Shown in pieces: positions 19,304 through 29,181 of a DNA stretch of 64,000 nt (positions are counted from its first letter, which is position 1; the number at the start of each line of letters is the position of its first letter). The notes under the pieces were generated by a model that saw only the letters and a list, made by a program, of their open reading frames with translations, made no database searches and was not told the origin of the DNA. Position numbers and translations under genes: made by a program. The stretch comes from an uncultured Gammaproteobacteria bacterium (lineage in GTDB: Bacteria > Patescibacteriota > Microgenomatia > UBA8517). Location: contig CAZAUT010000003.1 of the NCBI GenBank assembly GCA_964488535.1, forward strand, positions 2,232 to 66,231, given 5' to 3'.

Positions 19304-20515
19304 TTAAATCACTTTTTTAATTTCCTTAACAAATTTCTCTTTTGAAAACCTTTTTGCATTGTTCATTATAACCTGCCTGTTCCACTTAATTTTTTCAAAT
19401 CTTTTTATCGCATTTAAAATACTTTTTGTATCATCGCTGTTAACAAATAATCCGGTTATTTCGTCAACTACACTTTCTTTGAATCCTCCGCCATTATATG
19501 CAATAACGGGACAACCTGCAGCCTGCGCTTCAACCGCTGTCATTCCAAAATCCTCATTCTTGGCAAGAGCAATAAAACCTTTTGCATTCGAATACAGTTC
19601 CCACAATTTTTCATCACTTACTCTCCCCATAAATTCAATGTTTCTGAATTTATGTTCCTTAATTCTTGATTCAACATCTGAATACCCCGCCGCCTCCCCT
19701 ACAATCTTCAGTTTGTATTTCCCATCCAATTTTGAAAATGCATCAACCGCATTTTCAATTCCTTTCGCTCCCACCAACCTCGAAACAATTAAGAAGTATT
19801 TCTTATCTTTTTTTCCCTTAATTCTTGCTTGCCCTTCGAAGCCTTGGCGAAGGAGGGATACACGATACTTGATACTTTCCGTATCCACCGGCGGATAAAT
19901 AACTACCGAATCTCTTTTATAAAATTTGTCTATTCTTCTTTTGACATTTGCTGAATTCGCAATAAACAAATCCACTCCAGCTGTTATTTTTTGTTTATTG
20001 CTTATTGCTTTTTGCTTACTGCCGTATGGCATTTGTGCTGTCTTAAAATCATACTGACGTAAAAAATGTCCGACAATAGAAGCATAAATTTTTACCGGCC
20101 AGTACTTTGTAAAGCCAACCGATGTTTCATATCCATAAAGCCATCGTGGCGGTGTATGACAATAAGCTATCACTTTGGTGTGCGGTCCAATTTTAAATCC
20201 CCGGGTTATATACCAGCTGCAAGAAGTAATAACCAAGTCATATTTTGATAAATCCAAACTACCCCAAATTAACGGAATTAAAAATCTTAAGGGGCTATAC
20301 AATTTCCAAATTTTTAAAATTGGTGCCAACCAACTTTCGTGTATTTCCGCATCCGGAAATTCTTTTTGAGCAGTACTACCTTTAACCGTAAATGCGGTAT
20401 AAATAGGCGCATTTGGGTACATTTCTATTAATACCTTCAATACGCGTTCAGCCCCTCCAAATTCTTTAATGTAGTCATGCACAAGCGCCACGCGCTTGTG
20501 TGTATTATGTATCAT
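19304..20515 (-). CDS. glycosyltransferase family 4 (group 1), carrying an in-frame palindromic-element insertion
   Basis: EDFGMTAVEAQAAGCPVIAYNGGG signature. The insertion LLRQGFEGQA is encoded by cccttcgaagccttggcgaaggaggg. Confidence 0.75.
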   Translation of the reverse strand: MIHNTHKRVALVHDYIKEFGGAERVLKVLIEMYPNAPIYTAFTVKGSTAQKEFPDAEIHESWLAPILKIWKLYSPLRFLIPLIWGSLDLSKYDLVITSCSWYITRGFKIGPHTKVIAYCHTPPRWLYGYETSVGFTKYWPVKIYASIVGHFLRQYDFKTAQMPYGSKQKAISNKQKITAGVDLFIANSANVKRRIDKFYKRDSVVIYPPVDTESIKYRVSLLRQGFEGQARIKGKKDKKYFLIVSRLVGAKGIENAVDAFSKLDGKYKLKIVGEAAGYSDVESRIKEHKFRNIEFMGRVSDEKLWELYSNAKGFIALAKNEDFGMTAVEAQAAGCPVIAYNGGGFKESVVDEITGLFVNSDDTKSILNAIKRFEKIKWNRQVIMNNAKRFSKEKFVKEIKKVI

Positions 20516-20518
20516 GTA

Positions 20519-20905
20519 TTACGTATTATGTATTTCTGCACTTTTTATAAGTCCGTTTATCAACTTATGTACGATAATTGTTTGATAATATACTTTATCG
20601 AAATCATCTTTTTCAATATAGCCAATATCCCTGGATATGATTAATTGGTTTTGAACCTCTGTCAAAGAACCCAAAGAAGTGGAGTAGAATTGTACTTTTT
20701 CTTTTCTTGTACGTCTACTAAATCCCTCTGCGATATTGCTGCTAACCGAAATTACAGCACGCAATATTTGGGGGATTAAAATGAAAGCTTCGCTCTTGGG
20801 AAAATTCTTCACAATTTTATAAACCAAAATTACCAACTTATGAGCTTCTTTCCATGCATTTAAATCTGTAAAGTTTGTTATCTTTTTGTTTTGCTGCTCA
20901 TACAT
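20519..20905 (-). CDS. four-helix-bundle protein (Avd / 23S rRNA IVS family)
   Basis: LNAWKEAHKLVILVYK .. FPKSE .. NIAEGFSRRTRKEK. Confidence 0.75.
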   Translation of the reverse strand: MYEQQNKKITNFTDLNAWKEAHKLVILVYKIVKNFPKSEAFILIPQILRAVISVSSNIAEGFSRRTRKEKVQFYSTSLGSLTEVQNQLIISRDIGYIEKDDFDKVYYQTIIVHKLINGLIKSAEIHNT

Positions 20906-20979
20906 AATACTTTATACCTTATACGTTATACATATTTTACATTGCGTTATACATAATACTTTATACGTTATACTCAAAC
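20906..20979. repeat. tandem-repeat array, tatacgt/tatacat family
   Basis: atacataatactttataccttatacgttatacatattttacattgcgttatacataatactttatacgttatac. Confidence 0.6.
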
Positions 20980-22002
20980 TCAAAACAACATACCTTGCTC
21001 ACTTACAGAGTTTATATCTTTCAACTTAACCTTCTCTTGACCAATCTCTGGTTTTGAGTTTGATAGTCTCCGCAGGAGACTTTTGAATCCATACTCCATA
21101 AAAAGCCCTACGGCTTTCTCGCTTCCCAAATCCCACTCCCCCATTTTTTTAATATCAATTTCTGTCGGAACGTTGGTGTCAATTGTCGCCAATTCGTACG
21201 ACAGGTCGGCTCCTTCCCTGTCTTTCTCTAATTTATTTCTTACATTTGGATTTATTTCCGACAGGTGTTTATAAACATTCTCCTTCGTTTTATATTTTGT
21301 CAATAAGTCCCTCGCCGTTTTCGGACCAATCCCTGCCACTCCGGGGTAATTGTCCGACGAATCTCCAACCAACGCTTTATAATCAACCATTTGTTTGGGC
21401 TCAAAATCAAATTCTTGCTTTACCTCTTCAACTCCGTATAATTTCCCTTCTTTTAATCCTTTTACCGGAACATAGACCTTCACTTTGTCATTTATGAGCT
21501 GAAAAATATCCCGATCGCCGGTGACGATGATAACTTTGTCGATCAGAGTAGAAGAGCGGGAGAGCGGGAGAGTAGAAGTTCTTATTGATTTCTGATTTTT
21601 CTCATGTTTCTTACTTACACTCTTCCACTCTTTTACTCTTATACTCTGCTTGGCAAGCGTCCCAAGCACATCATCCGCCTCAAACCCCGCTTTCTCATAA
21701 ACCGGAATTCCAAATGCTTCCAAAACATCGTGCATTTTGGTAATTTGTTGGGAAAGAAAGTCATCCATTTCAGGACGCTGTGATTGATAGTGAATATACT
21801 TTTCTTTTCTGAAAGTCTTTTCCGGGCGGTCAAAACAAACCGCAATATGGGTGGGTTTAATGTCGTTTATAAGTCCCAGAAGCATTGAAACAAATCCATA
21901 AACAGCATTTATAGGTTCTCCTTTTTTAGTCGTTAAGGGAGGCAAAGCATGATACGCCCGATGCATGATCGCATTTCCGTCAATAAGAATCAGTTTTGAC
22001 AT
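20980..22002 (-). CDS. stand-alone 5'-3' exonuclease (PolI N-terminal / FEN-like), carrying an in-frame repeat insertion
   Basis: N-terminus LILIDGNAIMHRAYHALPPL and an H3TH region. A 40-aa low-complexity insertion is encoded by a gagtagaag / ctcttccactc inverted repeat. Confidence 0.8.
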   Translation of the reverse strand: MSKLILIDGNAIMHRAYHALPPLTTKKGEPINAVYGFVSMLLGLINDIKPTHIAVCFDRPEKTFRKEKYIHYQSQRPEMDDFLSQQITKMHDVLEAFGIPVYEKAGFEADDVLGTLAKQSIRVKEWKSVSKKHEKNQKSIRTSTLPLSRSSTLIDKVIIVTGDRDIFQLINDKVKVYVPVKGLKEGKLYGVEEVKQEFDFEPKQMVDYKALVGDSSDNYPGVAGIGPKTARDLLTKYKTKENVYKHLSEINPNVRNKLEKDREGADLSYELATIDTNVPTEIDIKKMGEWDLGSEKAVGLFMEYGFKSLLRRLSNSKPEIGQEKVKLKDINSVSEQGMLF

Positions 22003-22299
22003 TATTGAATTTTAACACCTTTATCCCATAAAGTTGACATTCACACACACTAAGATACCGGTGATGATTGAAAAGTTTGGTCAATATGGAATAGACAGAG
22101 CGATTTCGGATAGAATTTTAGCTACGAGCAGTGGTACCAAGAAGCGAGAAGAGACTCCATTCAGGAAATAAAAAGGGCTGCATTTAACAGTAATGAAAGA
22201 CTTGCGGTACTACTCGGTATACTCCAACACTTCTTGGGAAATCAACCAAAAATGCTTAAAAGTGAAGCTCTTGGCTGGCAAAGTAAAAAAATATTGATG

Positions 22300-22660
22300 G
22301 GTATAAAGAGGTATTCCAAACTGCCAATCACCCCGGATTGGAATTTGTGACCGAATACAGACGCGACGGCGTCGGGCAGTTATACGCATACGACAGGCAA
22401 TTCGTTTATACTCCTTTGGACAAGTAAGCGGCATCAAACGTTTTAAAAAACACTCGCGATGTCTGTATCCTCTCGGATATTTTTCGGTGAACTGTATCAC
22501 CGAAAAAGGTGTTCAAGGAGAAGCTTACCCCATTACCAACCTTTATCTGGAACAAATTCTGTCGAGCCGGTTATCGAAACAGATTTCGCACCACAACGGT
22601 GTCCTTTTTCGTTTCTTGCAGACACTGCAAAAGCTGCCGCCTTAGACCTTCCTTCGGGGG
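22300..22660 (-). ncRNA. rnpB: candidate RNase P RNA
   Basis: A GC-rich noncoding island of ~360 nt. On the minus strand, GAUAACCGGCUCGACAG matches the P4 5' strand region GAAAGUCCGGGCUCCAUAG. About 255 nt downstream, ACAAAUUCCAAUCCGGGGUGAUUGGCAGUUU matches the conserved 3' end ACAGAACCCGGCUUAUCGGUCAGUUU. Confidence 0.45.
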
Positions 22661-22776
22661 TATTTAAAAAAGTTCTGCTTGCTTGTGTGCACGCTTGTCC
22701 ACCATCTCCGTGATAGTGAACGATTACATATTCACAACCTTCAGCCTTCATACGGATTGTTCAATATAAATATTTA

Positions 22777-22980
22777 TTACACGCCATCCTGTCTCTTGTC
22801 GTATTCCCGCATTCTTCCGATATAATTTCCATCCATCATTGCGCGCCAAGCCGTTCCGTCTTCATCGTACACCGGATGCACAACTTCCTTCCTTTTGAGT
22901 CTTATACTCCAATTCTGAAAAGCAGTTAAAAATGGTGATTTTTTTGTCTCTTTCGGTTTTTCAATAGTCATCTTCTTCAC
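22777..22980 (-). CDS. small hypothetical protein
   Basis: 67-aa ORF lying between ftsH and the RNase P RNA candidate. Confidence 0.3.
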   Translation of the reverse strand: MKKMTIEKPKETKKSPFLTAFQNWSIRLKRKEVVHPVYDEDGTAWRAMMDGNYIGRMREYDKRQDGV

Positions 22981-23040
22981 CTCCTGACTTCTCTACATCC
23001 CTCCCAATATCCTAGTATCTTAATATCTTAATATCTTTCC

Positions 23041-25032
23041 CTATTTCTTCCCCACAATCTTCTCAAACTGTTCCCGATCGAGCGTTTCTGTTTTCAAAAG
23101 TTCACTGGCTACATTATCAAGTTTTACCTTATTTTTCTTAACCAGGACAACTGCTTCTTTATACGCTGTATCCATAATTTTTTTGATTTCCATATCTACT
23201 TTCTCCTGCATTGCCGGAGAAACATTGGCCGGCTCGTAAAACATTGCTTTTCCCATTTCGTCCGCTTCGTACTGCGGTCCCAGGTTGATCGGCCCCAAGG
23301 GACTCATTCCGAATTCGACAACCATTGCCCGCGCAAGACGGGTTGCCTGTTCGATATCACTGCTTGCACCGCTGGTCATTTCATTAAATATCAATTCTTC
23401 CGCAGCCCGCCCTCCCAGCATAGCGGAGATTTGCTCTTTTATTCTTGAACGGGTTTCGTGAGTTCGGTCCGCTGCAGGAGGAATAAGGGTATGTCCGAGA
23501 CTTATCCCCCGCGCAACAATTGAAATCCTCTGAACCGGATCCATGTGGGGAAGAAAGTGAGTAACAATGGCGTGTCCGGCTTCATGGTATGCAGTTATTT
23601 TTTTGTCCTCCTCGCTTTGAAGACGCTTTTTCGCAGGTCCAAGTTTGACCTTAGTCCCTGCTTCCTCAATATCCTTCTGTTCGATCGCTTCCTTATTCTC
23701 ACGCGCTGCCAGAATCGCAGATTCGTTCAGTACATTTTCAAGATCGGCTCCCGAATACCCCACTGTCGAATCCGCAACCTTTTCCCAGTTAATGTCTTTA
23801 ACAAATTTTTTTCCTTTGGCATGAATTTTTAAAATTGCCAATCGGCCGTCTTTATCCGGCATATCAAGCATTACACGCCTGTCAAAACGGCCCGGACGAA
23901 GAAGAGCCGGGTCCAAAAGATCCCCTCTGTTTGTCGCTGCTATAACTACAACATTATCATTCGAAGTAAATCCGTCCATCTCAACCAAAATCTGATTTAA
24001 CGTCTGTTCGCGCTCGTCATGTCCGCCAACGATTCCACGCCCGCGTTGTCTTCCGATTGCATCAATCTCGTCAATAAATATTATTGAAGGTGACTGTGTT
24101 TTAGCAGTTGAAAACAGATCGCGCACGCGACTGGCACCAACACCCACAAGCATTTCCATAAACTCACTTCCGGCCATGGAAAAGAAAGGCACGCCGGCTT
24201 CACCCGCTACCGCCTTGGCCAAAAGGGTTTTTCCAACACCCGAAGGTCCGAATAAAAGCACTCCCTTAGGCGTTCTTGCTCCGATCTTCTGATACTTTGC
24301 CGGATTTTTCAAAAAATCTACAATTTCCACCAACTCTTTCTTTGCCTCGTCAACTCCCGCTACATCAGAAAAAGTGACATTTTGTTTTCCTTTTGAAAAA
24401 AGTTTTGCTTTGCTTCTGCCGAAAGAAAAGATGTCCTGTGCACTCCTGTTTTGGGCTCGAAGGACAGCAAAAAATATCGCTCCGAAAAGAACTACCGGAA
24501 GAAGGATTCCCAATATCTCACCGAAAGAATTAGAAAGCGATTGGTCAACAACCCGATATTTTATATCTGACGGTTGTTTGTTTATTTTTTCAAGTAATTC
24601 CGCCAAGCTGTCCGACGGTTCTTTTGTGGTTGTTTTTACGCTTCCATCCTGATATGTCAGTACCAGTTTTGAATCCTGAACAATAATTTCTTTTACTTTA
24701 CTTTCTTTAATATCAGTTAAAGCCTGAGAGATATCAAGCTTCTGGTCGGTATTGGCAATTTCAAAAATCGAGAGTATAAAAGGCGCAAAAAAGATAAAGA
24801 GCATAAAGGCCAGAAGCATTTTCCAAAGGTTTATACGCAGTTTTACCTCCACTTTCTTTTCGGCCGGTTTTCCATATTTTCCCTTTTTTCCGTCCTTTCC
24901 GTTCTTAACCTTTTTTTCCAATGCTGGCTTTTTCTCTTTTTTCTGATCCTCTTTTACAATTCGCTCAAGATCCTTCAGAGATTTTATCTTTACAAATTTT
25001 ATTTTAGGAATTATTGACATGTTAATAAACAA
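23041..25032 (-). CDS. ftsH: ATP-dependent zinc metalloprotease FtsH
   Basis: N-terminal TM segments, AAA motifs GPSGVGKTLLAKAVAGEAGVPFF and DEIDAIGR, and the zinc-binding HEAGHA. Confidence 0.9.
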   Translation of the reverse strand: MFINMSIIPKIKFVKIKSLKDLERIVKEDQKKEKKPALEKKVKNGKDGKKGKYGKPAEKKVEVKLRINLWKMLLAFMLFIFFAPFILSIFEIANTDQKLDISQALTDIKESKVKEIIVQDSKLVLTYQDGSVKTTTKEPSDSLAELLEKINKQPSDIKYRVVDQSLSNSFGEILGILLPVVLFGAIFFAVLRAQNRSAQDIFSFGRSKAKLFSKGKQNVTFSDVAGVDEAKKELVEIVDFLKNPAKYQKIGARTPKGVLLFGPSGVGKTLLAKAVAGEAGVPFFSMAGSEFMEMLVGVGASRVRDLFSTAKTQSPSIIFIDEIDAIGRQRGRGIVGGHDEREQTLNQILVEMDGFTSNDNVVVIAATNRGDLLDPALLRPGRFDRRVMLDMPDKDGRLAILKIHAKGKKFVKDINWEKVADSTVGYSGADLENVLNESAILAARENKEAIEQKDIEEAGTKVKLGPAKKRLQSEEDKKITAYHEAGHAIVTHFLPHMDPVQRISIVARGISLGHTLIPPAADRTHETRSRIKEQISAMLGGRAAEELIFNEMTSGASSDIEQATRLARAMVVEFGMSPLGPINLGPQYEADEMGKAMFYEPANVSPAMQEKVDMEIKKIMDTAYKEAVVLVKKNKVKLDNVASELLKTETLDREQFEKIVGKK

Positions 25033-25188
25033 GGAGAATTATAGCACGGAGAGTATTAATTTCTAATTACTAATTTCAAATTTCTAAACAAGCTCAAATT
25101 ACGCAATTCCCAACTATAAAAATGTCCCATTTTGACATTTGGGTTTGGGACTTGATTTGTCATTAGGTTAATCAGGTCAATTAGAAAT

Positions 25189-25668
25189 TTACATCACCCT
25201 CGTTCCATTCGGTACTTTTTCCATTGGAGTAAGTAGTACCGGTTTGTCGGAAACTTCCTCATCCCCTATTTTTATGGGTTTATCCAATATCAAATCTGCT
25301 GCCATCATCATTCCTTCACTATAGTCCCCCTCGGGACCAATTTTCTTTTTTTCCATATTAACTACAAAGGGAAATTGTTTTCCGATGAGATCGTCCGGCT
25401 TGAAAAAGTGCATTATGCCTGCAAAAATCGTAATTGGGGCCGATTTTTGCCCTGAGCGACCAAGAGGAGCCGAAGAGCTATTGCCGTCATTCTGGCCCAG
25501 TCCAGAATCTGACTCTGTCATCCTGAGCGTAGTCGAAGGATCTTTCTTTGTATCACCTACGTCTACAGTTAACTTCATCACCCAATGGCTCCACTCCGGC
25601 ACTACTGCCTCAACAACAGTCCCAATCCTAATGTCTAATTGTTTGAACTGGTTAAAAGTAACGTTCAT
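25189..25668 (-). CDS. tRNA-binding domain protein (CsaA / Trbp111-like), carrying an in-frame insertion
   Basis: The LDIRIGTV...LIGK...GMMMA pattern of the OB-fold tRNA-binding domain. A 38-aa low-complexity insertion is encoded by a palindromic segment. Confidence 0.55.
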   Translation of the reverse strand: MNVTFNQFKQLDIRIGTVVEAVVPEWSHWVMKLTVDVGDTKKDPSTTLRMTESDSGLGQNDGNSSSAPLGRSGQKSAPITIFAGIMHFFKPDDLIGKQFPFVVNMEKKKIGPEGDYSEGMMMAADLILDKPIKIGDEEVSDKPVLLTPMEKVPNGTRVM

Positions 25669-25692
25669 ATGGCATGTATATTGTATAAAGTA

Positions 25693-26073
25693 TTACGAAT
25701 TATGTATTTTTTCAACTCCTTTTATTAAACCATTAATTAGTTTATGAACAACAATCGTCTGATTATCTAAAACCTCAAAATTGTGCATATCAAGATAATT
25801 TACTCCACGGGCAATAATTATTTGATTTTGAAGCTCGGTTAACGACCCCTGAGCCATAGTATAAAACTGAATTTTTTCCTTTCTCGTCCGTCTACTAAAA
25901 CCCTCTGCAACATTACTTGAAACTGAAACGACAGCCCTTCTCATTTGAGAAACAAGTGCATATATCTCCTTTTGAGGAAAACGTTCTGTAACTTTGTAAA
26001 TTAATATTACTAATCTATAAGCTTCTTTCCAGGCATTCAAATCAGAAAACCTACGAATTTTCTCCTCATACAT
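25693..26073 (-). CDS. four-helix-bundle protein (Avd / 23S rRNA IVS family)
   Basis: LNAWKEAYRLVILIYK..FPQKE..NVAEGFSRRTRKEK. Confidence 0.75.
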   Translation of the reverse strand: MYEEKIRRFSDLNAWKEAYRLVILIYKVTERFPQKEIYALVSQMRRAVVSVSSNVAEGFSRRTRKEKIQFYTMAQGSLTELQNQIIIARGVNYLDMHNFEVLDNQTIVVHKLINGLIKGVEKIHNS

Positions 26074-26160
26074 AATACCTAATTCAAAATACTATATTCA
26101 ACAGAGCCCAACCTTCTCATACACTTACCTCAAATTCTTCCCTGAAAAAATTTGTAGACG

Positions 26161-27660
26161 TTACCCGTTCAATTTATTGATAATTCCAATAACTTCGTAT
26201 ACTTCACGCATCGTTTCTTTTGCAACAAGTCTGGCTTTTTCGGCACCTTTTTTCAAGATATTCCTGGCTAAATCGATATTATTCTCAAGTTCATTCCTTC
26301 TCTTTCTAGCTTCGGTGAATTTGCGTTTATGGGCTTCAAACAATTTCTCCTTTACCTCTACATCACCAACTTTTCCTTCCCGGTATTTTGTTTTCAGGTC
26401 GTCAACCTCTTCTTTGTCGTCGTTTATTATATCGTGATAAATAAATACAGGATTTCCCTCAACCTTCCCCGGATCCGTTGCTTTCTTCCTATTGGGGTCC
26501 GTATAGCTTCCCATAATCTGTCTTCTTATTGCCGTTTCGTCATCAAAAATTCCAATAATATTTCCCAAACTTTTACTCATTTTTCTTTCTCCGTCAGTAC
26601 CCACAACTCTGCCATTGGCACCCGTTTTAATTAACGGCTCCGGAACCGTAAAAACCTCCCCATGAACCCTATTGAAATTTCTTGCCGTTTCGCGCGCGAA
26701 CTCAACGTGCTGTCTCTGGTCATCACCAACAGGAACCCCGTCGGGTTTATAAAGCAAAATATCTGCTGTCATTAATATGGGGTAATTAAAAAGTCCCATA
26801 TTGATATCCTCTTTTGAAACCCCTTTAGCCAGTTTGTCTTTAAAGGCATGCATCCGGTTTGCCAAGCCAAAGGGAACGTAATTGGCTAAAACAATTGCCA
26901 ACATACTGTGTTCTGGTACATCCGACTGACGGAAGTAAATCCCTTTTTCGGGATCAAGCCCCAAGGCAATGTAGTCAAAAACGTTACTGACAATACACTT
27001 TTCAAGTTCATCTTTGTCTTGAACGGTTGTTAAAGCGTGTAAATCTGCAACAAAATAAAACGATTCAACCCCTTTTTCCAATAATTCAAATTGGGGTTTA
27101 ACTGCACCGGCGTAATTACCAAGATGAAGCGTGTTCCCGCTTGGAGTAATCCCGGACAATACCCTCTTGGCTACTCTTTGCGTTACTCCTTCTTCAATAA
27201 AATCACCAATAACTGCATTGGTTACTTTCTGTAAAATTTCTGGTTTTATCTTTAAATCGTGTTCAAAGCTGCCGGTTCCACCATAGGCATATTCTCTTTC
27301 AAGAATTGTCTCATCCATCAAGGTTAATAAATGTGTGACCATTGGAGTAGCCCCCTTTAAAGCACTTGTTACTTTTTTTATTTCATCTTCTGAAGCCATC
27401 TTAAGATCTGGGGTATTGAGATAAATCTTAATTTTTTCTGTATCCAATTTATGATCGTCTCTCCTAAAAACGGCAATAAATTTTTTATCGGTTTTAAAAA
27501 TAAGTGTTGAAACACCATCTTCGGCACCAATATTTAAAAACTCCAAACCTTCCTCCACAGTTTTAATTGGTGGATGTTTGATAATTTCATATTCCACACC
27601 TAAATTATCAAGTTCTTTCTGAAGTTCCTGCAATCTTCTATTTTCAATTTTGTCTTTCAT
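26161..27660 (-). CDS. trpS: tryptophanyl-tRNA synthetase with an N-terminal YbaK/ProX-like domain
   Basis: The C-terminal ~330 aa carry TLHLGNY (HIGH), VGDDQRQHVE (TrpRS GxDQ) and KMSKS. The N-terminal ~170 aa look like a YbaK/ProX deacylase domain (EIIKHPPIKTVEE, YAYGGTGSF). Confidence 0.75.
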   Translation of the reverse strand: MKDKIENRRLQELQKELDNLGVEYEIIKHPPIKTVEEGLEFLNIGAEDGVSTLIFKTDKKFIAVFRRDDHKLDTEKIKIYLNTPDLKMASEDEIKKVTSALKGATPMVTHLLTLMDETILEREYAYGGTGSFEHDLKIKPEILQKVTNAVIGDFIEEGVTQRVAKRVLSGITPSGNTLHLGNYAGAVKPQFELLEKGVESFYFVADLHALTTVQDKDELEKCIVSNVFDYIALGLDPEKGIYFRQSDVPEHSMLAIVLANYVPFGLANRMHAFKDKLAKGVSKEDINMGLFNYPILMTADILLYKPDGVPVGDDQRQHVEFARETARNFNRVHGEVFTVPEPLIKTGANGRVVGTDGERKMSKSLGNIIGIFDDETAIRRQIMGSYTDPNRKKATDPGKVEGNPVFIYHDIINDDKEEVDDLKTKYREGKVGDVEVKEKLFEAHKRKFTEARKRRNELENNIDLARNILKKGAEKARLVAKETMREVYEVIGIINKLNG

Positions 27661-28298
27661 ACATCTTTTAATATTTTAGCTTTTAAACCAAAAAAATCAT
27701 ATGCATTTTCTCCGGCAAGTACAGGATAGAAATTCTCGTTTGAGTCATTGTATACCTGAAAGTTAATATAATCGCCTTTATTTTTGATCTTATCATAAAC
27801 CTCATATACGGTGATTTTACTTTTAATACATCCTTTCTTTCTAATTGTCTCAATTATATTAAGTGTTCGTTCAAACGATTTTGGGTCGGTATGGTTTCCG
27901 ACTTCAATCGATACGCCATTTCGATAATTAATCAAGGCATGTCCTTTTTTAATATTATGTTTCATATAAACAATATCTTTGATACCAAGGGTTTTTGCAA
28001 AATTCAACATTTTCAAATCAACCATAATTACAAATGGTTTTGACATGGCAGAAAATGTATGAAGGTCAATGACAATGGTTTTTTTGTCAATCTTATATAA
28101 AACCTCCCGGGCTCGTTTTTCTTCATAACTATTACCCTTTTTTCCAAATGATGCGTTCATGTCTATTTGAATAAACCGCTTTCCCAGACTAAGTGCTTTT
28201 TTATTCGCAATAATTTGCCTTACTCCGGAAGAAGCCAAAGCCAAAACAGGCATGGGTTCGTCTCCGTGTATTGCTGTTACAAATTGTATATTTTTCAT
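27657..28298 (-). CDS. succinylglutamate desuccinylase / aspartoacylase (AstE/AspA) family protein, short form
   Basis: IHGDEP (the HGNE-type zinc motif) and DLH. At 213 aa it is shorter than typical family members. Confidence 0.5.
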   Translation of the reverse strand: MKNIQFVTAIHGDEPMPVLALASSGVRQIIANKKALSLGKRFIQIDMNASFGKKGNSYEEKRAREVLYKIDKKTIVIDLHTFSAMSKPFVIMVDLKMLNFAKTLGIKDIVYMKHNIKKGHALINYRNGVSIEVGNHTDPKSFERTLNIIETIRKKGCIKSKITVYEVYDKIKNKGDYINFQVYNDSNENFYPVLAGENAYDFFGLKAKILKDV

Positions 28299-28300
28299 AA

Positions 28301-28930
28301 TTAACTCTCCTTTACATATCCGGCAAAAATAATCGCATCGCCCCGCAGATGGTCAAACCCATTTCCCTTAATTGCGATCGAATCAAATTTTTTGATGTCG
28401 CCATACAAACTCGAGCCGCCATATCGTCCTCTATCAAACGGACCAATCTCTGACATCTGCAAATTTCTCGTTCCAATCAATTCAGCAATCTCCACAGACA
28501 TATGAAAATCATAATGAGAAATTTTCTCTCCAAGTTTTCGCATAATAAATGATTGTGTATGAAAAGCCAAAACATCTGAACCACATTCTCTTATATCGTT
28601 TTCTAAAAATGTCTTCGCAAATCCATTTCCCCGCACCGACTCTGACGTTATAATTCCTTCAAGGTGATATACACTCATATTTCGATAAAATCTCAAGCTT
28701 GTTGCTATAAACGCAACCGATTTACCGTTTTTATCTTGAGCTATCCTCAATCTATCACAATCAATCACATGGTCATAAACATCTTTATACAAAGCATCTG
28801 TAACGGTTCTCATAAAACCTTCTGCTGTTAATGGTGTAAGTGAAAGAGCCAAATTGTGTTTATGATTTTCGGATAAAGTTTCTTTTGGTCTTATAATTAC
28901 TTCGCCAAAGTACCCCCTGCCCTTCGACAT
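28301..28930 (-). CDS. putative GNAT-family acetyltransferase
   Basis: HLEGIITSESVRGNGFAKTFL resembles GNAT motif A. The call is weak. Confidence 0.35.
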   Translation of the reverse strand: MSKGRGYFGEVIIRPKETLSENHKHNLALSLTPLTAEGFMRTVTDALYKDVYDHVIDCDRLRIAQDKNGKSVAFIATSLRFYRNMSVYHLEGIITSESVRGNGFAKTFLENDIRECGSDVLAFHTQSFIMRKLGEKISHYDFHMSVEIAELIGTRNLQMSEIGPFDRGRYGGSSLYGDIKKFDSIAIKGNGFDHLRGDAIIFAGYVKES

Positions 28931-29154
28931 TGCTCAGGGTTAATAACCCATTTGCACTCTCAGAGCAAGAGGCTCCTTTCACAATGTTTGGTTCATATTC
29001 TTTTGACATATTTTTTTGTACACCAATAACGCAAAAAACCCTTGCAAAACCACCACAAAATGATGATCTTACAAGGGTTCTTCAATTAAAGCTTATTGCC
29101 GTTCCGCAGCTTTAGCGAAGGACGGTGCCACCTTGTTTTAATATCTTACCCCAA

Positions 29155-29181
29155 CCAATAAAAAAGTCGCCTATCGGCGAC
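29155..29181 (-). terminator. rho-independent terminator (GTCGCCGATAGGCGAC + U-run) on the minus strand
   Basis: A perfect 6-bp stem with a 4-nt loop, followed by TTTTTTATT on the minus strand. It lies ~240 nt downstream of tRNA-Met. Confidence 0.45.

Noticed and set aside
22210-22751. Three overlapping predicted ORFs (22210..22500 on the minus strand, 22459..22713 on the plus strand, 22533..22751 on the minus strand) in the GC-rich island
   Set aside because: Their sequences are Arg-rich and low in complexity, and they overlap one another on both strands. The region is much better explained as a structured RNA, with RNase P RNA motifs on the minus strand.
28930-29115. 61-aa ORF on the plus strand downstream of the GNAT gene
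   Set aside because: It lies in a region containing the palindromic element and the terminator. There is no supporting motif, so it is probably noncoding.
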